A stretch of DNA of 64,000 nt, taken from NCBI GenBank assembly GCA_902613995.1, contig CACMJG010000003.1, positions 134,054 to 198,053 of the forward strand. The letters are read 5' to 3'. Origin of the DNA: an uncultured Alphaproteobacteria bacterium. GTDB lineage: Bacteria; Pseudomonadota; Alphaproteobacteria; Methylaequorales; Methylaequoraceae. Below, piece after piece: positions 26,698 to 36,834 of the stretch. The position numbers and the translations under genes were made by a program. The stretch's first letter is position 1. The number at the start of each line of letters is the position of its first letter. The notes below the pieces were generated by a model. It was not told the origin of the DNA. It saw only the letters and a program-made list of their open reading frames with translations, and made no database searches.

Positions 26698-27162
26698 ATG
26701 GCTTTATTTTTATCTACTATACTTAATAAAATGGACGCAAAATGCAGGGTATCTGTACCTTCAGCATTCAGAAGTAGTCTTCAAAAACAAACTTTTAAGG
26801 GAGTTATTGCTTTTCCTTCTTACCAAAATAATTCAATTGATGCTTGTGGTATTGATAGGATGGAAAATATTTCTGATAGTTTAGATAATAATAATGAATA
26901 TTCAAAAGAGGAATTTGATTTAATTTCACTATATTTTGGAGAGGCTGAACAACTTCCTTTCGATAAAGAAGGGAGAATTATACTCCCAAAAAATTTAATT
27001 AAACATGCTTCAATAGCTAAAGAAGTTCTTTTTGTAGGTCTAGGACCAACTTTTCAAATGTGGAATCCAGACAATTACTCCAAAAAAAAAATTGAAACAA
27101 TTAAAATTGCAAACAAAAAAAATCTTAGCCCCAGACTTAAACCAATTCCCAAGGGAATTTAA
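26698..27162 (+). CDS. mraZ: transcriptional regulator MraZ
   Basis: 154 aa with two SpoVT/AbrB-like halves (DAKCRVSVPSAFR and DKEGRIILPKNL). First gene of the dcw cluster. Confidence 0.85.
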   Translation: MALFLSTILNKMDAKCRVSVPSAFRSSLQKQTFKGVIAFPSYQNNSIDACGIDRMENISDSLDNNNEYSKEEFDLISLYFGEAEQLPFDKEGRIILPKNLIKHASIAKEVLFVGLGPTFQMWNPDNYSKKKIETIKIANKKNLSPRLKPIPKGI

Positions 27163-27174
27163 AAAGGAGAAAAA

Positions 27175-28680
27175 ATGACTCTTCATCTCAAACTTCCATC
27201 ACAAAACAATAATCTTTCACCTAGAATTCTTGTAATAGGCATTGGGGGCACAGGCGGAAATATAATAAATAGTATGATTAATTCCGGAATTGAAGGAGTT
27301 GATTTTTTAAATGTCAATACTGATAGTCAACAATTAAAACATTCAAAAGTTGAAAAAACACTTCAATTAGGACCATCATGTACTCAGGGACTTGGCGCTG
27401 GTGGTGACCCAGAAATGGGTAAAAAGGCTGCGGAAGAAGTCTTAGAAGAAATTGAACAATATATAGAGAATTCAAATATGGTTTTTTTGACAGCTGGAAT
27501 GGGAGGAGGTACTGGTACTGGCGCTGCCCCTGTAATTGCTAAAATAACGAAAGAGCAAGGAATTTTAACTGTTGGAGTAGTTACAAAACCATTTCAAATG
27601 GAGGGGAAAAAAAAGATCGAAAAGGCTGAGAAGGGCGTAATTGAATTACAAAAATATGTAGATAATTTAATCGTTATTCCGAACCAAAATATATTTGCTC
27701 TTGCAAAACCAGACACTCCTGTAACTGACTCACTTCAGTTGGCCAATAACGTCTTAATTGATGGTGTAAGAAGTATAATTGATTTAATGGTAAAGCCAGG
27801 GATAATGAACCATGATTTCGCAGACGTCAGGACTGTAATGAGTGAGACAGGAAAAGTTCATCTTGGAACTGGGGTAGCAGAAGGTGATGATAGAGTTAAT
27901 GAAGCTACTGATAAAGCAATATCAAATCCATTACTAGAGAATAACTCTATGTCAGGTGCAAAAGGTGTTTTAATTAATATTACTTGCGGAGATGATACTA
28001 GTTTACACGATATTGACCTAGCAATTAACAAAATAAGTGAGGAATCTAATGAAGATGCAAATATAATTTGGGGGCTGCAAAAAGACGATAATTACGATGG
28101 AAAGTTCAAAATTTCAGTAATTTCAACTGGCATTGATTCAGAAAATTATTATAAAGACACGACTCACAAAGAAAATATTACCAAGCTGGATAATATAGCA
28201 AACTCGGAGATACTTTCGAGAGATGATCAAACTTTAAAACAAGAAAAAAGTCAACCCAGTTTTTTAGTAGATCTTCGTGAACCTAACAAACTTCAAAAAA
28301 GAACTGAAGACCTCAGGGAAGAAGAAAAAATAATTAATGAACAACATCCAGAAAAAAATAAACCCAAAAAAAAGACTCTGTTAGAAATTATCTTTGGAAC
28401 AAATTCTAAGGATGCTGACAAAATTTTAACCAAATCAGATCCTGAAAAAGAATCAAGTAAAGAACAGTTTATAAAAGAATTTAAGGAAATAACAGATGAA
28501 AAAGACGCAGGTCTTGTAAAGGAGGATGAAAAAATTGTGATTGAAGACGAAAGTGTCAAATATATACCAGAAGTCAATAATACTTCAGATACACAAAACA
28601 CTGAAAATGAAGTTGATCAAAATGATGTGAATGACGATTTGCTACAAATTCCAGCATTTTTGAGAAGACAAGCTAACTAA
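27175..28680 (+). CDS. ftsZ: cell division GTPase FtsZ
   Basis: 501 aa. IGIGGTGGN and the tubulin signature GMGGGTGTGAAPVIA. A long acidic linker and the conserved C-terminal peptide DDLLQIPAFLRRQAN. AAGGAG RBS. Confidence 0.95.
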   Translation: MTLHLKLPSQNNNLSPRILVIGIGGTGGNIINSMINSGIEGVDFLNVNTDSQQLKHSKVEKTLQLGPSCTQGLGAGGDPEMGKKAAEEVLEEIEQYIENSNMVFLTAGMGGGTGTGAAPVIAKITKEQGILTVGVVTKPFQMEGKKKIEKAEKGVIELQKYVDNLIVIPNQNIFALAKPDTPVTDSLQLANNVLIDGVRSIIDLMVKPGIMNHDFADVRTVMSETGKVHLGTGVAEGDDRVNEATDKAISNPLLENNSMSGAKGVLINITCGDDTSLHDIDLAINKISEESNEDANIIWGLQKDDNYDGKFKISVISTGIDSENYYKDTTHKENITKLDNIANSEILSRDDQTLKQEKSQPSFLVDLREPNKLQKRTEDLREEEKIINEQHPEKNKPKKKTLLEIIFGTNSKDADKILTKSDPEKESSKEQFIKEFKEITDEKDAGLVKEDEKIVIEDESVKYIPEVNNTSDTQNTENEVDQNDVNDDLLQIPAFLRRQAN

Positions 28681-28681
28681 A

Positions 28682-29587
28682 ATGCAGACAGATCAATTTT
28701 CACATTTTCCCGTAATGGTGAATGAAGCTATATCATTTCTAGAACCCAAAAAAGAGAAAATTTATCTAGATTGTACTTTTGGTCAAGGTGGCTACTCCAG
28801 AAAAATTTTAGAGTCTGCAGAATGTAAAGTCTTTGCTATTGATAGAGATTTAAATTCTAATAAATATGCTAAAGTTTTATCACAAAAATTTAATACCAGA
28901 TTTTCTTTCAGTAATACAAAATTTAGTGATCTTCATTTTTTTTTGCACAAAAATAATATTAAAGCCATTGACGGCATGGTTCTGGATCTTGGCGTTTCGA
29001 ACACGCAATTAAATGATCCGCACAGGGGATTTTCATTTAATTGTAATGGACCCTTAGACATGAGAATGGATAACGTCAACACTAAGTTAACTGCAGAAAC
29101 AATAATTAATGAATACGATGAAAAAGAACTGAGTGACATTTTTTTTTACTATGGAGAAGAGAGAAATTCAAGAAAGATAGCAAACTCAATTGTTGAATTT
29201 AGAAAAAAGAAAAAAATAGAATCCACAAAAATGCTTTCTGATATAATTCAAAAGATAAATAAATATAAATTCAAACATCCTGCAACAAGAGTTTTTCAAG
29301 CTTTGAGGATTGTGATTAACGAAGAATTAAATGAACTTGAGGAGGCATTAAAAATTAGTTTAGAAATCTTAACAAAAAATGCCAGAATTGTTGTTGTTGC
29401 TTTTCATTCTCTAGAAGACAAGATTATCAAAAATTTCTTCAAAAAAACCGGCGTCAAAAATTTTAATAATGACAAGAAAGACTTTTTTCGAATTATTACA
29501 AAAAAACCTATTACGCCTTCTCCAGAAGAAATTAAAATTAATCCTAGATCTAAATCAGCAAAGTTAAGAGTGGCAGAAAAAATATGA
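28682..29587 (+). CDS. rsmH: 16S rRNA (cytosine1402-N4)-methyltransferase
   Basis: 301 aa. HFPVM...DCTFGQGGYS...DLGVSN.QL....RGFSF, typical of RsmH/MraW. Confidence 0.9.
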   Translation: MQTDQFSHFPVMVNEAISFLEPKKEKIYLDCTFGQGGYSRKILESAECKVFAIDRDLNSNKYAKVLSQKFNTRFSFSNTKFSDLHFFLHKNNIKAIDGMVLDLGVSNTQLNDPHRGFSFNCNGPLDMRMDNVNTKLTAETIINEYDEKELSDIFFYYGEERNSRKIANSIVEFRKKKKIESTKMLSDIIQKINKYKFKHPATRVFQALRIVINEELNELEEALKISLEILTKNARIVVVAFHSLEDKIIKNFFKKTGVKNFNNDKKDFFRIITKKPITPSPEEIKINPRSKSAKLRVAEKI

Positions 29588-29838
29588 AATTTTTAAATTT
29601 TTTTTTTATTACATTTTTTATAATAATAAATATCTCCGTTAAACTCCTTATAGTTGATCAAGAAGCAAAAATAAAAAATATAAATAAAGAAATATCTGAG
29701 ATTAATTCAAAAATAGAAAAAAAACTGACGGATATTTCCTACTCTACAAGACCTCAAATACTTAAACAAATTAATCAGAACAAATTTAAATTTTTACCAA
29801 TTCTTCAGTCAGACCTTATTAAACCTAAAGCAGATTGA
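29584..29838 (+). CDS. ftsL: cell division protein FtsL (assigned by position)
   Basis: 84 aa, one TM segment plus a short coiled coil, between rsmH and ftsI. Confidence 0.6.
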   Translation: MKFLNFFFITFFIIINISVKLLIVDQEAKIKNINKEISEINSKIEKKLTDISYSTRPQILKQINQNKFKFLPILQSDLIKPKAD

Positions 29839-31508
29839 TGTTTAAAAAGGATGGAATTAATTATGACAATGTGAGACCTAAAGCTAATTTCCTTTCCTCA
29901 AAAAGAATAAATTTTCATGATAAAAAAGATTTAATAAAAAATATGAAGAGAGAGAAAAGCATTCGTTTTTCAAAAAAATTAAACTTATTTTTTTTTCTTT
30001 TGTGTATTTCATTTTCAATTTTCATTTCTTTCAATATTCTAAAAGTTACATACACAAAAGAAACAAATTCCTTAACAGTTCAGGCGAAAATCAAAATAAA
30101 TCGTGGTAAAATTTTAGACAGAAATAATGAGATAATTGCCACTTCTATTGATACCAATGATCTTTATGTTGATACAAAGAAATCGCTAAACAAGGAAAAA
30201 TTAAAAAAAATGCTATCTGAAATTTTTGAAGATAAAGAGTCTGCTTTTTTTGAAAGAATATTTAACAAAGAACAATATTCTTTAATAAAGAAAGATATCT
30301 CCCCCACTGAACTTAATAAATTAAAGTCCGTTGGAGATCCAGCTATAAAACTCCATGAATCAAATAAAAGAGTTTATCCACAACATAATATTTTCTCAAA
30401 TTTGATAGGTCTTAAAACCAACGAGTTAATTAGTAAAATTGAAAAGAATATGAACAAAGAACTTGCTGAAGGAAAAAATTTAAAACTTACCGTTGATTTG
30501 CGTATACAAAACATTGTGAGAGAAGAGCTATACAAAAGTTTGATCGAATATAAGGCCAAGGCAGCTCTTGCAGTAGTAATGAATGTGAAAAGTGGAGAAA
30601 TTTTTTCTATGGTCTCACTGCCTGACTTTAATCCAAATTATCCTAAATCAATACTCCCAAAGACTGAAAATAATCTTAATGCTGAAGCTAGGTATGAAAT
30701 GGGCTCTACATTGAAGATTTTTAATGCTGCTATGGTATATGAGTCTCAATCTGAAATTCAGTTCAATGAATTTGAGATTTCTGATGGATATCAAATTACA
30801 AATGAAAAACATATTTTAGATGATCATATTGATGAAAAAATTTTAAATTTTGATGACGTTTTCGTTAAATCTTCTAATATTGGAAGTGTAAAAATATTAG
30901 AATCATTTGGATCAAACAAACAGAAACAATTTTTTAAAAAAGTTGGACTTACTGAAAACCTTAATATAAAGGGTTTAAATGTTGTTTCAAACAAACTTCC
31001 AATCAATTGGGAATCTCATTCAAAATTCATTAGTTATGGATATGGGTTGTCCCTCTCTCCAATAAGTTTAATAACTGCTTTTTCATCTCTAGTTAATGGT
31101 GGATATAAAATTCAACCTTTATTAGTAAAAAATAGAATTAATCAAAAAAAGGTAAAAGTTTTCTCTTCTCAAACATCTAAAAAAATTAACGAATTAATAC
31201 ATAAAATAGTTATGGATGGAACTGGAAAGAAAGCACAAGTTAAAGGACTTTTAATAGGAGGTAAAACAGGAACTTCAAAAAAAGTAGAGAAAGGAAATTA
31301 TTCAGAAGAAAAGAAAATAACTTCCTTCATTGGTGTTTTTCCAGCCAATTCTCCAGAGTTTCTTACTTTTGTTCTTTTTGATGAACCTCGGAAAAACGTC
31401 GCCAGTAGCAAAGAAACCACTGGAGGTAATACTGCAGCTCCAACGTTCTCGAAAATTGTAAAAAAAATCTCGCCGATAATAACTACGGACAATTATTCAA
31501 GAAATTAG
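29835..31508 (+). CDS. ftsI: peptidoglycan D,D-transpeptidase FtsI (PBP3)
   Basis: 557 aa. Transpeptidase motifs STLK, SSN and KTGT. Confidence 0.9.
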   Translation: MMFKKDGINYDNVRPKANFLSSKRINFHDKKDLIKNMKREKSIRFSKKLNLFFFLLCISFSIFISFNILKVTYTKETNSLTVQAKIKINRGKILDRNNEIIATSIDTNDLYVDTKKSLNKEKLKKMLSEIFEDKESAFFERIFNKEQYSLIKKDISPTELNKLKSVGDPAIKLHESNKRVYPQHNIFSNLIGLKTNELISKIEKNMNKELAEGKNLKLTVDLRIQNIVREELYKSLIEYKAKAALAVVMNVKSGEIFSMVSLPDFNPNYPKSILPKTENNLNAEARYEMGSTLKIFNAAMVYESQSEIQFNEFEISDGYQITNEKHILDDHIDEKILNFDDVFVKSSNIGSVKILESFGSNKQKQFFKKVGLTENLNIKGLNVVSNKLPINWESHSKFISYGYGLSLSPISLITAFSSLVNGGYKIQPLLVKNRINQKKVKVFSSQTSKKINELIHKIVMDGTGKKAQVKGLLIGGKTGTSKKVEKGNYSEEKKITSFIGVFPANSPEFLTFVLFDEPRKNVASSKETTGGNTAAPTFSKIVKKISPIITTDNYSRN

Positions 31509-31509
31509 A

Positions 31510-32991
31510 ATGAATTTAAAAGACATAATAAAAAAATCTTCTGTACAAACTAAAATAATCAATCCTTTGAATTTTTTTGTCAAAGGTATTTCAATTCACT
31601 CAGATCAAGTTAGAAGCAATTTTATATTTGCAGCTATGAAGGGTGGGGCACATCATGGTTTAGATTTCATTAAAGACTTACTTAATTATAAAAATATTGC
31701 TGTTGTATTATCAAAAGTAGACAAGATACCTAAAGATTTTAGAAAAAATAATTCAGTTACGTTTATCCAAGTTGATGATGTTAGATGTTTTATTTCGAAA
31801 GCTTGCTCAATTTTTTTTCGAAATAGTATTAAACAAAAAATTGCGATCACCGGAACTAATGGAAAAACAAGTATTTCTTTTTACGTAAATCAAATCTGGA
31901 AAAAAAAAAATACGGATGGAGCATCTATTGGAACGTTGGGGATACAATACAAAAAGAAAATCAATATGATCTCTAAACTTACAACGCCTGATGTTATAAA
32001 TAATCATAAAATATTAAAAAAATTGAGTGAATTAGGTTGTGAAAAAGTAGTATTTGAAGCATCAAGTATCGGGCTAGACCAAAAAAGACTCTCTCCCATT
32101 AAGTTTGACATAGTGGGATTCACGAATCTTACAAATGATCATTTGGATTATCATAAAACGATGAATAATTATAAATTAGCTAAATCACTTTTATTCACTT
32201 CTCATGTAAAAAAAAAAACAATTGCAGTGATTAATACAGACTCTAAATTTTCAAACTTTTTTTTAAAATTATGCAAAAAAAACAACATTCAAATTTTAGA
32301 TTATGGGAAAAAGGCAAGTTTCTTAAAAATCAAATCAATAAGAAGAGTAAAAAATTATTTTGAAGTAAAAATTTTTTTTTGTAATAAGAACGTCACTCTT
32401 AAAATCAATTGTTGCGCTGAATTTGAAATTTACAACATGCTTTGTTCACTAATTTTGGTTTTTAACAGAAAATTACAAACTAATGACTTACAAATCGTTT
32501 CCGAATTAAAAAATCCGTCAGGTAGATTAGAAAAAATCTTTGATAAAAAAGGTATAAGAGCCTTTGTAGACTATGCTCATTCTCCTGATGCAATTACAAA
32601 AGTCTTATCTTCATTGAAGAAAATAACCTCAGGTAAATTAATTCTGGTATTTGGATGTGGGGGAGATAGAGACAAATCAAAAAGAAATCAAATGACTAGG
32701 GAAGCCTTAAAACATTCAGACATAATTATAATAACTGACGACAATCCAAGATTTGAAGATCCAAAAAAAATAAGAGATGATATGATTCGCAATCTGAAAT
32801 CAGAAGATTTAAAAAAAATTAAAGTTATTGGAAATAGACAAATAGCAATTAAAAAAGCAGTTAATTTTTTATCAGAAAAAGATGTATTGCTAATTGCAGG
32901 AAAAGGGCATGAAAACTATCAGTTAATAAAAAACAAAAAAAAAATTTTTAGTGATAAAATTACGGCAAAAGAGTATTTAAAAAAAAAATGA
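31510..32991 (+). CDS. murE: UDP-MurNAc-L-Ala-D-Glu:meso-DAP ligase
   Basis: 493 aa. ITGTNGKTS P-loop, Mur ligase domains and DNPR near the C-terminus. Confidence 0.9.
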   Translation: MNLKDIIKKSSVQTKIINPLNFFVKGISIHSDQVRSNFIFAAMKGGAHHGLDFIKDLLNYKNIAVVLSKVDKIPKDFRKNNSVTFIQVDDVRCFISKACSIFFRNSIKQKIAITGTNGKTSISFYVNQIWKKKNTDGASIGTLGIQYKKKINMISKLTTPDVINNHKILKKLSELGCEKVVFEASSIGLDQKRLSPIKFDIVGFTNLTNDHLDYHKTMNNYKLAKSLLFTSHVKKKTIAVINTDSKFSNFFLKLCKKNNIQILDYGKKASFLKIKSIRRVKNYFEVKIFFCNKNVTLKINCCAEFEIYNMLCSLILVFNRKLQTNDLQIVSELKNPSGRLEKIFDKKGIRAFVDYAHSPDAITKVLSSLKKITSGKLILVFGCGGDRDKSKRNQMTREALKHSDIIIITDDNPRFEDPKKIRDDMIRNLKSEDLKKIKVIGNRQIAIKKAVNFLSEKDVLLIAGKGHENYQLIKNKKKIFSDKITAKEYLKKK

Positions 32992-34370
32992 ATATTTTAA
33001 CTACCAAAGAAATTAATAAAGCTCTTTTATTGAAAGATACGTTTAGGGATAAAATTGAATTCTCTGGAGTATCAATTGATACGAGAACAATAAAAAAAGG
33101 AAATTTGTTTATTCCTATTAAAGGAAAAAATTATGATGGTCATAATTACATTGGTGAAGCTTTAGAAAAAGGAGCTTATGCTTCATTAGTTGAGTTTAAA
33201 AAAAAACAATTTCTTAAAAACGATAAAAGATTTATATATGTTAAAAGCACAATTGATGCATTGCACAAACTAGCAAAGTTTTCTAGAAATAGAATAAAAG
33301 ATTTGACAACTATATGTGTTACAGGAAGTAGTGGAAAAACGACTTTAAAAGAATGGATATTTAATATTTTTAAAGGATCAATTAATACATATAAAACTAT
33401 TGGTAATTTTAATAACGAAATTGGAATGCCGCTTTCCCTTGCAAATATGCCAAGAGACACAAAAATCTGCGTATTAGAGCTTGGAATGAATTCTCCAGGT
33501 GAAATAAAAAAATTATCAGAAATTTCCAAACCAAATGTTGGTATTATTACAAATATAGGTACAGCCCATGCTGCTAACTTCAAAGATCCAATAAATATTG
33601 CAGAAGAAAAATCTGATATTTTTAGTTTTTTTGATCAGACATCAATAGCAATAATTCCTTTCGAAACAGATTATTATAATCTCATATCAAAAAAAGCGTC
33701 AAAAAAAACAAAGCTAATTTATTCTTTTGGTCAAAATAAGAATTGTGACTTCAGAATCATAACACAAGAAAAATCAGTCTCTAAATTAATGGTTATCGAT
33801 AAAGAGTTTAATTTTAAGAATAATCAATCATCAAGTAACTGGGAACAAAATATTATCATAATTCTTGGTTTAATAAGGATCTTAAATATAAAAATAAAAA
33901 ACATCATACCATTAATAATGAAGCTCAGACCTATTGAAGGTCGTGGCAAGAAGTTTCAGATCACTTATAAAAAAAAATCTTTCACCCTAATCGATGAATC
34001 TTATAATTCAAGTCCTGAATCATTAGCAAAAGCAATAGAAAACCTAAAGAACCTAAAATTCAATCATACCAGAAAAATATGTGTAATCGGAGATATGTTG
34101 GAGTTAGGAAGAATGTCCAAATCTTGTCACCTACAAATTGTTGAAAATCTTCTGAACACAAAACCAGATATAATTTTAACTGTTGGAAAACATTCTTATG
34201 CAATCTTTGAAAAACTTCCTGAAAATTTTTCGAAGTTTCATTTTAAAAATTATAAAAATGTTTTTGATAAATTATTAAGCCTCGTTGAAAATGACGATAT
34301 AATAATGATAAAGGGATCAAATTCAACTAATCTGCATTTGGTCTCAAAAAGATTAATCGAGCTTAAATAA
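32988..34370 (+). CDS. murF: UDP-MurNAc-tripeptide:D-Ala-D-Ala ligase
   Basis: 460 aa. VTGSSGKTT P-loop. Order murE-murF-mraY. Confidence 0.9.
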   Translation: MNILTTKEINKALLLKDTFRDKIEFSGVSIDTRTIKKGNLFIPIKGKNYDGHNYIGEALEKGAYASLVEFKKKQFLKNDKRFIYVKSTIDALHKLAKFSRNRIKDLTTICVTGSSGKTTLKEWIFNIFKGSINTYKTIGNFNNEIGMPLSLANMPRDTKICVLELGMNSPGEIKKLSEISKPNVGIITNIGTAHAANFKDPINIAEEKSDIFSFFDQTSIAIIPFETDYYNLISKKASKKTKLIYSFGQNKNCDFRIITQEKSVSKLMVIDKEFNFKNNQSSSNWEQNIIIILGLIRILNIKIKNIIPLIMKLRPIEGRGKKFQITYKKKSFTLIDESYNSSPESLAKAIENLKNLKFNHTRKICVIGDMLELGRMSKSCHLQIVENLLNTKPDIILTVGKHSYAIFEKLPENFSKFHFKNYKNVFDKLLSLVENDDIIMIKGSNSTNLHLVSKRLIELK

Positions 34371-34372
34371 CA

Positions 34373-35461
34373 ATGCTTTACTATTTCCTAACACCATATA
34401 TTGAAAGTTTTAACTTTCTTAATTTATTTAATTATCTTACATTTCGAGCAGGTGGAGCTCTTTTTACAGCCTTTCTCATATCTCTTCTTCTCGGTCCAAG
34501 ATTTATAAAAAAACTCAAAAGTGTGCAGAAGAAAGGTCAACCCATAAGACTAGACGGTCCAAAAAGTCATCTCGTTAACAAAGCTGGTACTCCAACTATG
34601 GGTGGCATGTTAATTCTCATCTCATTATTCATTTCGATATTATTTTGGTCAGATCTAAGTAGTAACATCGTATGGTTAATTTTTAGTATTACGATTTTAT
34701 TTGGATTGATTGGAGCTCTCGATGACTACAGCAAACTAAAAAATAATAATCCTGATGGATTCAAGGCCTCTTATAGATTGATTGTTGAATTTTTAATATG
34801 TTTTTTATTTGTTTTTCTTTTAAACAAAATTGTAAATCCAGATTTAGCAAACATTGTTTTTATTCCATTTACAAAGGGATTTTTTATTGATCTAGGTAAT
34901 TTTTACTACATTTTTGCAGCAATTGTAATTGTTGGTAGTGCAAATGCAGTTAATTTAACTGACGGTTTGGACGGGTTAGCCATCGGACCAATAATGATAA
35001 CAACTCTATCTTTTGCTTTCATAGCATATTTTACAGGTAATTTAATTTACTCAGAATATCTAAAAATTCCTTATGTAAGTGATACTGGAGAGCTGGTAAT
35101 TATTTGTGCCTCGTTAATAGGTGCAGGTTTAGGATTTCTTTGGTTTAATGCTCCGCCAGCAATGGTTTTTATGGGAGACACTGGCTCCTTGTCAATAGGC
35201 GGTACTATTGGAGCAATTGCTGTTGCAACAAAACATGAGATAATTCTTTCAATAATCGGAGGAATCTTTGTGCTTGAGGCATTGTCAGTTTTTGCTCAAA
35301 TAATCTCATTCAAACTTACAGGTAAAAGGATTTTCAGGATGGCACCAATTCACCATCATTTTGAGCAAAAGGGATGGTCTGAGGCAACGATAGTTATAAG
35401 ATTCTGGATTATTTCAATTATTTTAGCACTTCTTGGTCTCGCTAGTTTGAAGCTTAGATGA
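34373..35461 (+). CDS. mraY: phospho-MurNAc-pentapeptide translocase
   Basis: 362 aa, polytopic. NAVNLTDGLDGLA and HHHFE motifs. Confidence 0.95.
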   Translation: MLYYFLTPYIESFNFLNLFNYLTFRAGGALFTAFLISLLLGPRFIKKLKSVQKKGQPIRLDGPKSHLVNKAGTPTMGGMLILISLFISILFWSDLSSNIVWLIFSITILFGLIGALDDYSKLKNNNPDGFKASYRLIVEFLICFLFVFLLNKIVNPDLANIVFIPFTKGFFIDLGNFYYIFAAIVIVGSANAVNLTDGLDGLAIGPIMITTLSFAFIAYFTGNLIYSEYLKIPYVSDTGELVIICASLIGAGLGFLWFNAPPAMVFMGDTGSLSIGGTIGAIAVATKHEIILSIIGGIFVLEALSVFAQIISFKLTGKRIFRMAPIHHHFEQKGWSEATIVIRFWIISIILALLGLASLKLR

Positions 35462-36834
35462 TTAGACAAATTAATTCAGAAATTTTTATTTTGGGTATGG
35501 GTATTTCAGGCATCTCTTTAGCTAAATATCTGATGAAAAAGAAAATATCAGTAACATGTTGGGATGATAACCGAGAAAAGAGAAAAGTTATTCACTCATT
35601 AAAAATTAAAATCAATAATATAACATCTGAAACACTTAAAAATTGTAACTATTTGGTTTTAAGTCCTGGTATTAATCATCAAAAAAAAAGACCTCATCAG
35701 GCCGTCAAAATAGCAAGAAGCCTAAACATTAAAATCGTAACAGATCTAGAGTTTTTAAAGATTCTAAATATAAAAAATCCACTAATTGGTGTGACTGGAA
35801 CGAATGGAAAGTCTACTACCACCCATTTTATTAGCCAAATTTTATCTTATAAGAATTTTCGAGACTCAAAATGTTGCGGGAATATTGGAACACCATTTAC
35901 TGACTTAAAAATAAATAAAAAAACATTGTTGGTTGTAGAAGCCTCATCTTATCAATTAGCTAAAATAGATAATTTAAATTTTGATTATGCTTTTCTTTTA
36001 AATATATCAAAAGATCATATTGAGTGGCATGGGACATTAAGAAAATATATAGATTCCAAACTAAATATTTTTAAAAATCAAACAAAGAAAAATTTTGCTG
36101 TAATTTGTATTGATGATGTTAATTGCAGAAGAATAGCTTATGATTTTAAAAAAAAATTTAAATCAAAACTTATTCTAATTAGTTGTAAGTATACTGAAAA
36201 TGTTGACATATACTTAAAAATTCAAAACGACAAAATTAAGATATTTAATAATATATCAAAAGAAAATATTGAGATTTCTATAAACAAGTTAAGTTTTGTA
36301 AAAGCTCAACATAATTTTCAGAATCTATTAGCAGCTTATGCATCTAGTTTTCTACTTAACCAAAAGTCAGAAGATTTTTTGAGTTCTAGTAAAAATATTC
36401 ACACATTACAACATAGAATCGAATTCTCGGGTACATTTAAAAATATTGATTTTTACAATGACAGTAAATCAACAAACGTAAATTCAGCAAAAACTGCAAT
36501 TAAATCGTTTAAAAATATCTTTTGGATATTAGGTGGTAGAGAAAAAAAAGGTGGACTAAAGGGTATAGAAAAAAATTTAGGAAATATACTTAAAGCATAT
36601 GTTTATGGTGAATGCAGTGAAAACTTTAGAAAATTTTTAGTTAAAAATTCAATTATTTGCCTGAAGTTCAGAACTTTAAGGGAGTCATTTAATCAAGCAT
36701 TTGAAGATGCAATAAAGAAAAAAATGAATATTAATATTCTACTTTCCCCTGCTTGTTCATCATTCGATCAATTTAAAAATTTTGAAGATAGGGGTAAAGA
36801 GTTCAAACAATTAGTTTTAGAAAAAATAAAATAA
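35458..36834 (+). CDS. murD: UDP-MurNAc-L-Ala:D-Glu ligase
   Basis: 458 aa. VTGTNGKST P-loop, plus position in the cluster. Confidence 0.9.
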   Translation: MIRQINSEIFILGMGISGISLAKYLMKKKISVTCWDDNREKRKVIHSLKIKINNITSETLKNCNYLVLSPGINHQKKRPHQAVKIARSLNIKIVTDLEFLKILNIKNPLIGVTGTNGKSTTTHFISQILSYKNFRDSKCCGNIGTPFTDLKINKKTLLVVEASSYQLAKIDNLNFDYAFLLNISKDHIEWHGTLRKYIDSKLNIFKNQTKKNFAVICIDDVNCRRIAYDFKKKFKSKLILISCKYTENVDIYLKIQNDKIKIFNNISKENIEISINKLSFVKAQHNFQNLLAAYASSFLLNQKSEDFLSSSKNIHTLQHRIEFSGTFKNIDFYNDSKSTNVNSAKTAIKSFKNIFWILGGREKKGGLKGIEKNLGNILKAYVYGECSENFRKFLVKNSIICLKFRTLRESFNQAFEDAIKKKMNINILLSPACSSFDQFKNFEDRGKEFKQLVLEKIK

